Shown here piece after piece: positions 17,765 through 27,876 of a stretch of DNA of 64,000 bases. Each line of letters opens with the position of its first letter. The stretch's first letter is position 1. The notes under the pieces are model-generated. The model saw only the letters and a program-made list of their open reading frames with translations. It made no database searches and had not been told where the DNA came from. Position numbers and translations under genes: made by a program. This DNA is from Deltaproteobacteria bacterium. GTDB taxonomy: Bacteria; Desulfobacterota; Binatia; UBA12015. The stretch covers positions 44,101-108,100 of the forward strand of contig JAYGCM010000009.1 of assembly GCA_046583355.1 (NCBI GenBank), read 5' to 3'.

Positions 17765-18481
17765 ATGGCTGAACCGCCTGCGATCCGCACCGACGCGCTA
17801 AGCAAGAACTTCGGCAGCCGGCGCGTCCTGCACCGGCTTGAGCTCGAAGTCGCCAGCGGCGAATGCCTCGGCCTGCTGGGTGGCAATGGCGCGGGCAAGA
17901 GTACATTGCTGCGCCTGCTGGCCGGCAGCTCGCGCCCGGCAGCCGGCAGCGTTGCCCTTTTCGGCGTCGACGCACATGGCGACGACGCCCGAACCATCCG
18001 GCGCCGTCTCGGCTTTGTCGGCCATGAGGGCATGGTCTACCGCGACCTGAGCCCGCGCGAGAACCTCGAGGTCTTCGCCCGCCTCTACGGCTGCGATGAA
18101 ATTGATGCTGACGCTCTGCTTGCGCGCGTCGGACTCGGCCGCGTCGGCAAGCGCGCCACCCGCACACTCTCGCGTGGCATGTTGCAGCGCCTGGCCCTGG
18201 CGCGCGCCACCTTGCACGAACCCGACCTTCTTTTGCTCGACGAGCCCTTCACCGGCCTCGACGAAAGCGGCACCGAGATGCTGCGCGAATTGCTGCGCGC
18301 CCATCACGCGCGCGGCGGCACCATATTGCTGATCAGCCACGCACTGAGCGAAATCGCCGCGCTCTGCACGCGTGTCGTCGTATTGGCGCGCGGCCGTTTA
18401 TGCGCCGAGATTCAGCCCGTCCCGGAAATGGCCGAATTGCGTACCCGCTACCGCAAAGCACTCGCGGAGGCGCAGACCTGA
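17765..18481 (+). CDS. ccmA: Heme exporter ATP-binding subunit
   Basis: GGNGAGKS, LSRGMLQR, LLLDEPFTGLD; first gene of ccmABCD. Confidence 0.9.
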   Translation: MAEPPAIRTDALSKNFGSRRVLHRLELEVASGECLGLLGGNGAGKSTLLRLLAGSSRPAAGSVALFGVDAHGDDARTIRRRLGFVGHEGMVYRDLSPRENLEVFARLYGCDEIDADALLARVGLGRVGKRATRTLSRGMLQRLALARATLHEPDLLLLDEPFTGLDESGTEMLRELLRAHHARGGTILLISHALSEIAALCTRVVVLARGRLCAEIQPVPEMAELRTRYRKALAEAQT

Positions 18482-19140
18482 TGTGGCAAATTGCCCGCAA
18501 GGACCTGCTGATCGAATGGCGCACGGGGGAAATTCTCGCCTCGATGCTTCTTCTCTCGGTGCTGATCGTGCTCGTTTTTGCCTTCACGCTCGAACCTTCC
18601 CGACTGCACGGACCGGCCATCCTCGGCGGCCTGCTCTGGGCGACGCTGCTTTTCTCGGGCACAGTGGCGCTCAACCGCTCGTTTCTCCTCGAGCGCGAGG
18701 GTGGTGCCTGGACGGCATTGGCGCTGGCGCCGCTCGACCGCGGCTCGATCTTTCTCGGCAAGATGCTCGCCAATCTGGTGCTCCTGCTGCTGGGTGCTGC
18801 GGTGCTCCTGCCGCTGATGATGCTGCTGCTCGGCACCAAAGATCTCGCACCCAATGCCTTGCTGCCCGCCTCCCTGGTTCTGGGCATGATCGGCTTTGCC
18901 GCCATCGGCACGCTCTTCGCGGCCATGGCAAGCCGCACGCGAGCGCGCGAAGTGCTCATGCCGCTGCTCACTTTCCCCCTGCTGGCGCCGCTGCTCATCG
19001 CCGCCGCCCGTACCACCACGGCCGGGCTCATTGGCGAGCCGCTTTCGGCCGTTCGGTCCTGGCTTCTGCTGCTCGTGGCCTTTGATCTTGTATTCACGGT
19101 AGCTGGCTGGTTGTTTTTCGATCATGTCCTTGAAGACTGA
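18481..19140 (+). CDS. ccmB: Heme exporter permease
   Basis: IARKDLLIEWR, LNRSFLLERE, REVLMPLLTFP. Confidence 0.92.
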   Translation: MWQIARKDLLIEWRTGEILASMLLLSVLIVLVFAFTLEPSRLHGPAILGGLLWATLLFSGTVALNRSFLLEREGGAWTALALAPLDRGSIFLGKMLANLVLLLLGAAVLLPLMMLLLGTKDLAPNALLPASLVLGMIGFAAIGTLFAAMASRTRAREVLMPLLTFPLLAPLLIAAARTTTAGLIGEPLSAVRSWLLLLVAFDLVFTVAGWLFFDHVLED

Positions 19141-19837
19141 ACCTGGCCGCGCGCACCCCTGGCGCGATACCGCCCTGCCGGCGCTGACCGGCATCTTCAT
19201 GCTGGCGGCCATCATCCTCATCTTCTTCGTCGTGCCCAACGAGAAGGTCCAAGGCGTCGCGCAGCGAATCTTCTACTTCCACGTCCACCTGGCCTGGATG
19301 GCCTTCGGTGGTTTCGTATTTGTCGCGATTGCCAGCGTGCAATTTCTTCGCACCGGCAGCCAGCGGGCCAGCCAATTGGCCTTGGCCAATGCCGAGGTCG
19401 GCCTGCTCTTCACCACTTTGGTTCTGGTCACCGGCTCGATCTGGGCACGACCGATCTGGGGTGTGTGGTGGACCTGGGACCCGCGCCTCACGATGAGCAT
19501 CGTTCTATGGGCGATCTACGCCGCCTACCTGATGCTCCGACGCGTGGGCCACGGCGACGAGACCATCCAGCGCTACGCCGCCGTGCTCGGCATCGTCGGC
19601 ACGCTCGATATCCCGCTCCTGATCCTGGCCATCCGGCTCTGGCGTGGCATCCACCCGGCCGTGATGCTCTCGGACGACCCCGAGGCCGGCCTGCGCGACG
19701 TCACCATGATCTGGGCGCTCGCGATCTCGGGCGTTGCTCTGGCCCTTCTCTTTACCTGGCTCGTCTCCTTGCGCGCTCGCTACGCCGCGATCGACGACAA
19801 GCTCGAAGCCCTGCACCTGGAGGATTCCTACACATGA
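19124..19837 (+). CDS. ccmC: Heme exporter protein C
   Basis: RIFYFHV, TGSIWARPIWGVWWTWDPRLT tryptophan-rich motif, IHP. Confidence 0.95.
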   Translation: MSLKTEPGRAHPWRDTALPALTGIFMLAAIILIFFVVPNEKVQGVAQRIFYFHVHLAWMAFGGFVFVAIASVQFLRTGSQRASQLALANAEVGLLFTTLVLVTGSIWARPIWGVWWTWDPRLTMSIVLWAIYAAYLMLRRVGHGDETIQRYAAVLGIVGTLDIPLLILAIRLWRGIHPAVMLSDDPEAGLRDVTMIWALAISGVALALLFTWLVSLRARYAAIDDKLEALHLEDSYT

Positions 19838-19959
19838 CCGGAATCGATTATCTCGGCGCGGCCTATACGGCCATCTGGGTCGGATTCTTCTTCTATCTCG
19901 TCTCGCTGGGCCGCAAGGCCAGCCGGCTCGAAGAAGAACTCGAAGACCTGAAGAAATAG
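19834..19959 (+). CDS. ccmD: CcmD family small membrane protein
   Basis: 41 aa, YLGAAYTAIW TM plus charged tail; ATGA overlap with ccmC. Confidence 0.8.
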   Translation: MTGIDYLGAAYTAIWVGFFFYLVSLGRKASRLEEELEDLKK

Positions 19960-20026
19960 CAGCGCCGCCGCCGCAGCGGCGAAATAGAGCTTTGCGCAAG
20001 CCGTCACTTGGCATACGACTGGAGAC

Positions 20027-20110
20027 ATGGATCTTCGCGATGCGATGAACACGCTACGAGCTGTACGGCGCCTGAAGAAAGATCCGATCGACGACGCCGT
20101 GCTTGCGTCG
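20027..20110 (+). pseudogene. N-terminal stub of a nitroreductase-family gene
   Basis: GGAG RBS; MDLRDAMNTLRAVRRLKKDPIDDAVL resembles nitroreductase N-termini, then similarity stops. Confidence 0.6.
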
Positions 20111-20134
20111 CGACAGCGCCTTGGGGTCGAATGC

Positions 20135-21964
20135 TCAGCTGATCTCGAGGCCCGCGAGGCCACCGGCCTGGCGCCAATCTTCCAGGATCTGGAAGAATTT
20201 CACCGAGCCGCCGCCGTAGAAACCGTTCTGGCCGCTACGTTCTCCGGGGCGACCCTCATTGTTATAATAACCCGGTGTGCATTGTTCGAGGAACTCCTGG
20301 CCGTCACGGGCCAGTGAAATGATCGTCTCGACCCACTCCGACTCGGCCTCCTCAGAGACCTCAAGACGGGTCACATCCTTTTCCTGCGCGTGACGCACGA
20401 TCCAGGCGATATGGCTTGCCTGCTCGCTGAGGGCATGCGGGAAATTCACCGTGAAAGCCGACTGCGTGTTGCTGACAATGAAGCAATTCGGAAAGCCCCG
20501 GCTATGCATGCCGTGCAAGGTACGAACGCCATCGGCCCATTTCTCCGAGAGGTTCACGCCCTCGCTGCCGAGGAGTTCGTAGCCGGAGCGGCGTACATAC
20601 GAGGTTCCCACTTCGAAGCCGGTGGCGTAGATCAAACAATCGACTTCGTATTCCTTGCCGTCCACGACGACACCGGTCGCGGTAATCCGCTCGACGCCCT
20701 GGCCCTGCGTGTCGACCAGTTCGACGCCGGGCCGGTTGAAGGTGCCCAGGTAATCATCGGCGAAGCAGGGGCGCTTGCAGAATTGGCGGTACCAGGGCTT
20801 GAGCGCCTCGGCGGCGGCCGGATCGTTCACGGCGGCCTCGACGCGAGCGCGGATCTCGTTCATCTTCTCGAAATCGGCTAGCTCCATCGTTCGCTTGAGG
20901 TTGGCGGGAGAGAAATCGACATTCTCGTCGCTCTGCACCATGACGAGAAGCTTGCGGATGATATCGGTCCAGCCGTCGCTCACCAGATCCTCTTCCTGGT
21001 AGCCGCCAGAGACAAGGATATTGAAATTATCCATTCGTTTCTGGTGCCAGCCCGGCTCCAGACTCGCGGCCCATTCGGCATCCGTGGGCCGGTTGTTGCG
21101 GGCGTCAACCGAGGAAGGCGTGCGCTGGAAGACATAGAGTTTCTCGGCGGCCGCGCCGAGATGCGGCACGCATTGGATGGCCGTCGCCCCGGTGCCGATG
21201 ACCCCAACGCGCTTGCCGGCCAGCTTCGTCAGACCGCCGGTCGAGTCGCCACCCGTATAATCATAATCCCAACGACTGGTGTGGAAGGTATGGCCCTTGA
21301 AGTCCGCGACACCGGGAATGCCCGGCAGCTTGGGGCGGTGCAAGGGGCCGTTGGCCATGGCGACGAAGCGTGCGCGGATCTTGTCCTGGCGGTTGGTCGA
21401 GATAATCCAACGCCGCGACTCCTCCTCCCAACGCATCTCCGTGACCTCGGTCTGGAAACAAGCATCGCGGTAGAGATCGAATTTCCGGGCAATCGTCTTG
21501 CAATGGTCGAGGATCTCGGGCGCGCCCACATATTTCTCGCTCGGCAACGCCCCGGTTTCCTCCAGAAGCGGCAGATAGACATAGGCCTCAACGTCGCAGC
21601 GCGCGCCGGGGTAGCGGTTCCAATACCAAGTCCCGCCGAAATCGCCGCCCTTCTCAATGATGCGTACGTCTTCGATACCGGCTTCGCGCAGGCGCGCACC
21701 GATCAGCAAGCCGCCGAGGCCGCCGCCGATAACGACCACTTCGACCTCATCTTCAAGAGGCTCACGGCTGAACTCCGGCGTAACGTAGGGGTCGTCAACG
21801 AAGCTCGCGAAATCTCCCGTGATCTCGATATATTGCTCGTTGCCCTCAGGCCGAACGCGGCGATCGCGCTCGATGCGGTATTTTTTCCGCAGAGCGTCGA
21901 CGTCAATTTTCGCCTTGGCGTCGATCGTTTCGTTTGCTGCTATATCAGTCTCTGCGCCTGCCAT
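20135..21964 (-). CDS. Baeyer-Villiger monooxygenase (type I)
   Basis: GGGLGG, GGTWYWNRYPG, FKGHTFHTSRWD fingerprint, GTGATA, ATGF. Confidence 0.93.
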   Translation of the reverse strand: MAGAETDIAANETIDAKAKIDVDALRKKYRIERDRRVRPEGNEQYIEITGDFASFVDDPYVTPEFSREPLEDEVEVVVIGGGLGGLLIGARLREAGIEDVRIIEKGGDFGGTWYWNRYPGARCDVEAYVYLPLLEETGALPSEKYVGAPEILDHCKTIARKFDLYRDACFQTEVTEMRWEEESRRWIISTNRQDKIRARFVAMANGPLHRPKLPGIPGVADFKGHTFHTSRWDYDYTGGDSTGGLTKLAGKRVGVIGTGATAIQCVPHLGAAAEKLYVFQRTPSSVDARNNRPTDAEWAASLEPGWHQKRMDNFNILVSGGYQEEDLVSDGWTDIIRKLLVMVQSDENVDFSPANLKRTMELADFEKMNEIRARVEAAVNDPAAAEALKPWYRQFCKRPCFADDYLGTFNRPGVELVDTQGQGVERITATGVVVDGKEYEVDCLIYATGFEVGTSYVRRSGYELLGSEGVNLSEKWADGVRTLHGMHSRGFPNCFIVSNTQSAFTVNFPHALSEQASHIAWIVRHAQEKDVTRLEVSEEAESEWVETIISLARDGQEFLEQCTPGYYNNEGRPGERSGQNGFYGGGSVKFFQILEDWRQAGGLAGLEIS

Positions 21965-22158
21965 GATGATCTCTCCCTTGGTGCGTTCCCCTTGAGCATC
22001 GCAGAAGCCGCCGTGATTTTTCACCCCCCGATCGCATGATCGGTCAATCGCGGTGCTTGAGCGACCACCTGACCCTGCGCGCTGCTCGTCAGCCCGCGCA
22101 GCAACCGAAGGGCCCGGCCCGGCTTGCGGTGGAATCCGTGGTGCAGCAAGCTCCACGC

Positions 22159-23190
22159 ATGGCCAAGTTGATCTATTCCCGAGAAGAGCTCCTCGCCGAG
22201 CATGCCTACGCGCGCCCGCATGAGGCCGCTGGCCGCAAATTGCATGGTGGTTTCTCGGCCGACGGAGCCTATATCTCGCCGCGGACCTTGCACCGCGAAG
22301 GTGCCATCCAGGCATGGCGTGAGGCATTGCTGGCGCGCGGCGGCAGCCTGCTCTCCTGCGACCTCTCGCTCTTGCCGTCCCCGATCTACCCGAACGCGGC
22401 CCAGCAATCGGTGCTCCTGGCGGCCGGCCTCGGCCAGAATCTGTGGAACTCACTCAGCATTACCGGGGCAATCGAGGGCAATGGCCGGCTGCTGATCGAT
22501 CTTGTCTCGCCGCGCTTCGACAAGGTGATCCAGGAAGATATCACCGAGACCGCCATCGGCCACCTGCATAAGGGGCTTCTGGTCGCGCACGGCATGGACG
22601 AGGGCGGCGCCCCCGGAAGCGGCCTCGGCGCGCACGATGAGATGTGGTTTGCCCTGCGCGACCTCGCGCTCGGCCACGATACCTGGCCCATGCCCGAGGT
22701 TCCCGACAGCATCTCGCGTCCCGAAGCCGGACGGCTCTTCCCGATGCTGCCCGAACCGATCGAGGGCATGCTCTCGCTGCTGATGAATGTCCTGCTCATC
22801 GAGGTCCGGGCGGAGAAGGTCTTCACTGCGTCGCAGGATCTCCTGAGCCGTCCCGAACTTTTCTCGCAGCCCGCAGAAAACGTCGCGCTTGCTCATACGC
22901 TGATCGAACGAATCCGCATCGATGAGGCGGTCCACGTCGACTACCTCCAGCTGGTGCTCTCCGAGTTGCGTCATCTGACTTTCCTCACCGGCGAGGGCAA
23001 AGAGGTTGCCGGGGCCGCCATCATCGACCCGGCCTGGCAAACCGTTGTACAATGGCATGGGGTCGAGAACCCGCGCCTCGCACGCGAGCAGCAGGTTCCG
23101 CTGATGCGCGAGCATATCCTCACGCATGCCGAGGGCGAGGCCTTGCTCGCACGTTTCGAAGCGCAAAACGAGCCACTCGCCGCCGCCTGA
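22159..23190 (+). CDS. Uncharacterised ferritin-like (di-iron carboxylate) protein
   Basis: Helical; IEG, HGMDEGG..AH, IEVRAE, RIDEAVH (DExxH). Confidence 0.6.
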   Translation: MAKLIYSREELLAEHAYARPHEAAGRKLHGGFSADGAYISPRTLHREGAIQAWREALLARGGSLLSCDLSLLPSPIYPNAAQQSVLLAAGLGQNLWNSLSITGAIEGNGRLLIDLVSPRFDKVIQEDITETAIGHLHKGLLVAHGMDEGGAPGSGLGAHDEMWFALRDLALGHDTWPMPEVPDSISRPEAGRLFPMLPEPIEGMLSLLMNVLLIEVRAEKVFTASQDLLSRPELFSQPAENVALAHTLIERIRIDEAVHVDYLQLVLSELRHLTFLTGEGKEVAGAAIIDPAWQTVVQWHGVENPRLAREQQVPLMREHILTHAEGEALLARFEAQNEPLAAA

Positions 23191-23247
23191 GCGGATTTCC
23201 GCCGCACCCTATTGGCGCTTGCAGCGAGCGTCTGGCAGGCTCCGCAG

Positions 23248-24006
23248 GTGATCGAACTCGCCGGCGTCAGCAAGGTCTACGACGATACCGCGGTTGTCGA
23301 TTCCCTCGACCTCACGGTGGGCGACGGTGAACTTCTCGTCTTGCTCGGCACCTCGGGCTGCGGCAAGACGACGACGCTCAAAATGATCAACCGCCTGATC
23401 GAGTGCAGTGCCGGCACGATCCGCATCGACGGCGAAGAAAATACCGCGCTGCCCGCCTACGAGTTGCGCCGCCGGATCGGCTACGTCTTCCAACGCGTCG
23501 GGCTCTTCCCGCACCTCACTTTGGCCGAAAATATCGCCGTCACGCCCAGGCTTCTGGGCTGGGACGAGGCACGAATCACACGCCGGGTCGATGACCTTTT
23601 TGCGCTTGTCGAACTCGATGCGGACACGATGCGCGACCGCCTACCGCATGAACTCTCGGGCGGCCAGCAGCAACGCATCGGTGTCGCTCGCGCCCTGGCG
23701 GCCGAGCCCCGCTCGATGCTGCTCGACGAACCCTTCGGTGCACTGGACCCGCTGACCCGCGACCGCCTGCAGACTTCGTTTCGCTCGATCCACCGCCGGC
23801 TTGGCCTTAGCGCTATTTTCGTCACCCACGATATGACCGAAGCCCTTCTTCTCGGCGACCGCATCGCCGTGATGAACCTCGGCCGTATCGTGCAGATCGG
23901 CACACCCGCCGAATTGCTGCGTACGCCGGCCAACGACTTCATCCGCGAATTGATGGAAACTCCGCGGCGTCAGGCCGATGCCGTCGAAGCCCTGCTCGCC
24001 CAATGA
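23248..24006 (+). CDS. Osmoprotectant (glycine betaine/choline) ABC transporter ATP-binding protein
   Basis: GTSGCGKTTTLKMINRL, LSGGQQQR, DEPFGALDP. Confidence 0.9.
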   Translation: MIELAGVSKVYDDTAVVDSLDLTVGDGELLVLLGTSGCGKTTTLKMINRLIECSAGTIRIDGEENTALPAYELRRRIGYVFQRVGLFPHLTLAENIAVTPRLLGWDEARITRRVDDLFALVELDADTMRDRLPHELSGGQQQRIGVARALAAEPRSMLLDEPFGALDPLTRDRLQTSFRSIHRRLGLSAIFVTHDMTEALLLGDRIAVMNLGRIVQIGTPAELLRTPANDFIRELMETPRRQADAVEALLAQ

Positions 24007-24016
24007 GATAGATGAC

Positions 24017-25546
24017 GTGGAACATCTCCTTGCACTTCTGCCGGATTATCTGACCGGCCACCTGCAGCTCACGCTGATCGCCTTGGCAGCGGCTATCTCG
24101 ATCTCGGTGCCGCTGGGCATCGTGGCGAGCCGAATTCCCCGCCTCGAGGGCCTGGTGCTCGGCGTCGCCGGCGTCATCCAGACCATCCCGAGCTTGGCAC
24201 TCCTGGCTACCATGGTGCCGCTGCTCGCCATGCTGAATCTGCCCAGCATCGGTTTTCTGCCCGCCATTATCGGGCTCACGCTCTACGGCCTGTTGCCGAT
24301 CCTGCGCAATACCGTAACCGGCCTGCACGAGGTCCCTGCCGAATTGACCGAGGCCGCACGCGGCGTCGGCATGACGCCCGGCCAGCAGCTGCGGCGCGTG
24401 GAGTTGCCGCTGGCCATGCCCGTCATCATCGGGGGAATCCGCACCGCCACCGTCTGGACCGTCGGCATCGCCACCCTCTCCACCCCGGTGGGTGCGACCA
24501 GCCTGGGCAATTATATTTTTGGTGGCTTGCAGACACGCAATTTCGCCTCGGTCCTGCTCGGCTCGGTGGCCGCCGCCGGCCTCGCCTTGCTCCTCGACGG
24601 GCTCGTTGCCACCCTGGAACGTGGCATGCGTGACCGCCGCCGCGGGCTTCTGGCGGGCGCCTTCACCATCATCGCGGCGCTCTACCTCTTTGCCGGCACC
24701 ACCTTGATCTTGCCTCTTTTCAGAGACGGGCCACGCCCCATCGTGGTCGCGGCCAAGCCTTTTACCGAGCAATATATTCTTGGCGATATCCTCGCGGATC
24801 AAATCACCGACGAGACCGGCCTGCCCACCGAGCGCCTCTCCTCGATCGGCTCCATGGTTGCCTACGAGGCATTGCTCGATGGCAGCGTCGACACCTACGT
24901 CGACTACTCGGGCACACTCTGGCTGGCCCTGCTGCAGCGCAAGGATTCCCCGGCCAATAGGCAGGAAGCGCTTGATGCGATTGAGGTCTGGCTGGGTGAG
25001 AATACCAATATCGCCTATATCGGCCCGCTCGGTTTCCAGAACAATTATGCTCTTGCTATGCGGCGGAGCGAGGCCGAACGGCTCGGTGTAACGACCATCA
25101 GCGAACTCCTCCCCTACGCCTCCGAGCTCAAGCTTGGTGGCGACCTCGAGTTTTTCTCACGCGCCGAGTGGCCGGCACTACAAAAAACCTACGGCATCGG
25201 TTTCGCCCAGACCCGCCCGATGGACCCCTCGTTGATGTACCAGGCCGTCGCCTATGGCGGCGTGGACGTGATCACCGCCTACACCACCGACGGCCGCATC
25301 GGCGCCCTGGATCTGGTGGTTCTCCAAGACGATCGCCGCGCGATTCCACCCTACGATGCGATCTTGCTGGCAAGCGGTCGCCTTGCTCGCGCGCAGCCCG
25401 AGGTCATGGCAGCCCTTGCTTCGCTGGTCGGCTCGATCACCGAGACCGAGATGCGCGCGATGAATCACGAGGTTGACGCAAACGGCCTCCAACCCGCGGC
25501 CGTCGCGGCCGAATTCCTGCAGCGCCTGCGCGCGAGAGAGAAATAG
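24017..25546 (+). CDS. Osmoprotectant ABC permease fused to substrate-binding domain
   Basis: QTIPSLALL, LPILRNT, EAARGVGMT; KPFTEQYIL, GFQNNYALA, IPPYDA. Confidence 0.9.
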   Translation: MEHLLALLPDYLTGHLQLTLIALAAAISISVPLGIVASRIPRLEGLVLGVAGVIQTIPSLALLATMVPLLAMLNLPSIGFLPAIIGLTLYGLLPILRNTVTGLHEVPAELTEAARGVGMTPGQQLRRVELPLAMPVIIGGIRTATVWTVGIATLSTPVGATSLGNYIFGGLQTRNFASVLLGSVAAAGLALLLDGLVATLERGMRDRRRGLLAGAFTIIAALYLFAGTTLILPLFRDGPRPIVVAAKPFTEQYILGDILADQITDETGLPTERLSSIGSMVAYEALLDGSVDTYVDYSGTLWLALLQRKDSPANRQEALDAIEVWLGENTNIAYIGPLGFQNNYALAMRRSEAERLGVTTISELLPYASELKLGGDLEFFSRAEWPALQKTYGIGFAQTRPMDPSLMYQAVAYGGVDVITAYTTDGRIGALDLVVLQDDRRAIPPYDAILLASGRLARAQPEVMAALASLVGSITETEMRAMNHEVDANGLQPAAVAAEFLQRLRAREK

Positions 25547-25555
25547 CGGCAACGG

Positions 25556-26227
25556 ATGACACGCGCCGACAAGGCCCGCCGCGTGCAGGCGATTCTCGAC
25601 GAACTCTACCCGACCACGCCGATACCACTGGACCACGCCGACCCTTTTACCTTGCTGGTTGCCGTACTCCTCAGCGCACAAACCACTGACGCTCGGGTGA
25701 ACCTGGTCACGCCGGCTCTTTTCGCCGAAGCGTCCGACGCCGCGACCATGGCGACACTCGGGCGCGAGCGGATCCTCCACCATATCCGCTCCTGCGGCCT
25801 CTCTCCGTCCAAAGCAAAAAATATAGCGGCGCTGGCACAGCTTCTACTCGACGAACACGGCGGCGTGGTACCGACCGATATCGAAGCCTTGGAACGTCTT
25901 CCCGGAGTCGGCCACAAAACCGCCAGCGTCGTGATGGCGCAGGCCTTCGGCGTCCCGGCATTTCCCGTCGATACCCATATCCACCGCCTGGCGGCGCGCT
26001 GGGGCCTGTCGAGCGGGCGCAATGTTGTTCAGACCGAGCGAGATCTCGTGAAGCTCTACCCGGCCGAGTCCTGGAACCTGCTGCATCTGCAAATCATCTA
26101 CTTCGGCCGCGAGCATTGCCCGGCCCGCGGACACGACCTCGCGCGCTGCCCGATCTGCGGCTGGGCGGCTACGAAGAAGCAGATCCGCGCCGAGCAGACC
26201 AAAGGGAGAAGCCGACCGCAACCATAA
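25556..26227 (+). CDS. nth: Endonuclease III
   Basis: LLSAQTTD, HhH LPGVGHKTA, FPVDTHIHR, GREHCPAR..CPIC. Confidence 0.95.
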   Translation: MTRADKARRVQAILDELYPTTPIPLDHADPFTLLVAVLLSAQTTDARVNLVTPALFAEASDAATMATLGRERILHHIRSCGLSPSKAKNIAALAQLLLDEHGGVVPTDIEALERLPGVGHKTASVVMAQAFGVPAFPVDTHIHRLAARWGLSSGRNVVQTERDLVKLYPAESWNLLHLQIIYFGREHCPARGHDLARCPICGWAATKKQIRAEQTKGRSRPQP

Positions 26228-27620
26228 GGTTGAGGACAAGGCCGATCATCCCGACATGGATGCCCAGAACGGTCTTCCATCCCAGCAGAGTGCCGGCCGC
26301 AGCCACCGTCGTGCCAAGCACGAGGCCGGCAAGCGTAGGCGCCGCGCGCAGGCCGCGCCAATGCAGGGCGACGAGAAACGCCGGCACGCATTGAATCAGC
26401 AACTCCATCTTGAGCTCAATCAACCGCCAGAGTGTGAGCTCGCCCTGAATCGCGAAGGGCACCATGACAAAGAGGATAGCGGCAGCAATCCATTTCCCCA
26501 GCCGCGTGGTCGCGGCGTCGCCACGCGGGCGGCCGAGAATATCGCCCGCCGCCAAAGAGCCCAGCGAGAGCAAACAGGAATCCGCCGTGGACATGATGGC
26601 CGCCAGCGCGCCCAGGAAGACCAGGATTGCCGCGAACATGCGCAGGCCACCGCCGGCCGCCCACTCGGCCAACAACCAGGGCATCACCTCGTCGCTCGCC
26701 ACACCCAGGCTCGGGTCAATGCGCGCGATGGCCGCAATGCCGATCAAGGTGACCACCAAGGTCGTGGTAAGCGGCATGAAAGTCATCAAGGCAAAAGAAC
26801 GCTGCAAAACCCGCGGGCTGCGCGCAGCGAAGATCCTCTGGATCGCCTGCGGGTAGAGCACGCTGCCAAAACCGAGCAAGGCGATGGTGCTGAACCAATT
26901 TGCGCAGGTCTGCGCGTCCGGGACGGCGATGGCCTCGGGCCGTACCTCCATTACCCGAGCGGTGATATTTCCCAGGCCGCCCGCATCGCTCATCAACCAG
27001 GTGAGCAATCCGGCGAGGCCGAAAAGCATCAGTAGGCCCTGGCCGGAATCTGTCCAGGCGACTGCGCGCATGCCGCCCAGGCTCTCGTAGAAGAGGATCA
27101 TCAGCGCCAAACCGATCACGCCGGCGGCATGCGGTACGAGGCCATCGGTGACACGCCCGGTGATGGTGCCCATCGCCTGCAATTGCGCGAGAAGAAAATT
27201 CGCCAACGCGACAACCATCAAAATTCCGATGGCAATGGAGAGAGCGCGGCCGGCGCCTTCGCCGCCGAAGCGATGGCGCACCCAATCCCCCGGCGTGACG
27301 AAACCTTCGGCATCGGCGTGCTGGCGCAGCTTGGGGGCGATCATATGGAAGGCCACGATGACCGCCATCATGAAGCCGGTCGACATCACGAAGGAGAAAC
27401 CCGCCTCGTAGGCGCGGCCAGGATAGCCCAGCAGCGAGTTGCCGCTATACGCGGTCGCGTAGAGCGTCAAAAACAGAACAAAGACCCCGAGGTCGCGGCC
27501 GGCAAGGAAATGATCGCTCGGCGACTCGTCACGCCGCGAGCGGCGCGCCACCTCGGCCACGGTCGCGAGAATCAAAAGGTAGAGAGCGAGCGCGATGACC
27601 CCGAGTTCGCCGAAGCTCAT
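26169..27620 (-). CDS. Sodium:solute symporter
   Basis: HFLAGR, ATAYSGNS, LGGMRAVAWTD, AAIMSTADS. Confidence 0.92.
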   Translation of the reverse strand: MSFGELGVIALALYLLILATVAEVARRSRRDESPSDHFLAGRDLGVFVLFLTLYATAYSGNSLLGYPGRAYEAGFSFVMSTGFMMAVIVAFHMIAPKLRQHADAEGFVTPGDWVRHRFGGEGAGRALSIAIGILMVVALANFLLAQLQAMGTITGRVTDGLVPHAAGVIGLALMILFYESLGGMRAVAWTDSGQGLLMLFGLAGLLTWLMSDAGGLGNITARVMEVRPEAIAVPDAQTCANWFSTIALLGFGSVLYPQAIQRIFAARSPRVLQRSFALMTFMPLTTTLVVTLIGIAAIARIDPSLGVASDEVMPWLLAEWAAGGGLRMFAAILVFLGALAAIMSTADSCLLSLGSLAAGDILGRPRGDAATTRLGKWIAAAILFVMVPFAIQGELTLWRLIELKMELLIQCVPAFLVALHWRGLRAAPTLAGLVLGTTVAAAGTLLGWKTVLGIHVGMIGLVLNLMVAVGFSLWSARRGSASS

Positions 27621-27865
27621 GCGCTCTTCCCGGAAGCTTCCCGACCGGCCTCACCCATGTCCTGCGGCGCGTCCTGCAGTAGCCACGCAGCCGAGTTCAG
27701 GAGAGCCACCAGCACGTAGCAACCAATCGCGACGGCGACCCAATCGGGCAGGCCGAAGACGATCTCCACCGGCGCCGATGACGAACGGTACCAGGGCACG
27801 GAGAGGACGTAGAGGGCGGCGATGCAGACGAAGAGAATCCGGCGCAGGCGGGCACGTCCCTTCAT
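27617..27865 (-). CDS. Small two-TM symporter companion protein (DUF3311/DUF997-like)
   Basis: SVPWY..FGLPDW; overlaps the symporter start. Confidence 0.7.
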   Translation of the reverse strand: MKGRARLRRILFVCIAALYVLSVPWYRSSSAPVEIVFGLPDWVAVAIGCYVLVALLNSAAWLLQDAPQDMGEAGREASGKSA

Positions 27866-27876
27866 GCCAACCCGCG

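Noticed and set aside
16966..18033. 355-aa ORF with GGLARR repeats
   Set aside because: Antisense reading of infC, its 18-bp repeat and ccmA.
17765..19959. ccmABCD without ccmE/F/H
   Set aside because: Split ccm loci are common; the remaining genes may lie elsewhere.
21965..22453. 163-aa N-terminal extension of the BVMO in the ORF track
   Set aside because: Overlaps the divergent gene; an RBS-like GGGAGAG precedes ATG 21964.
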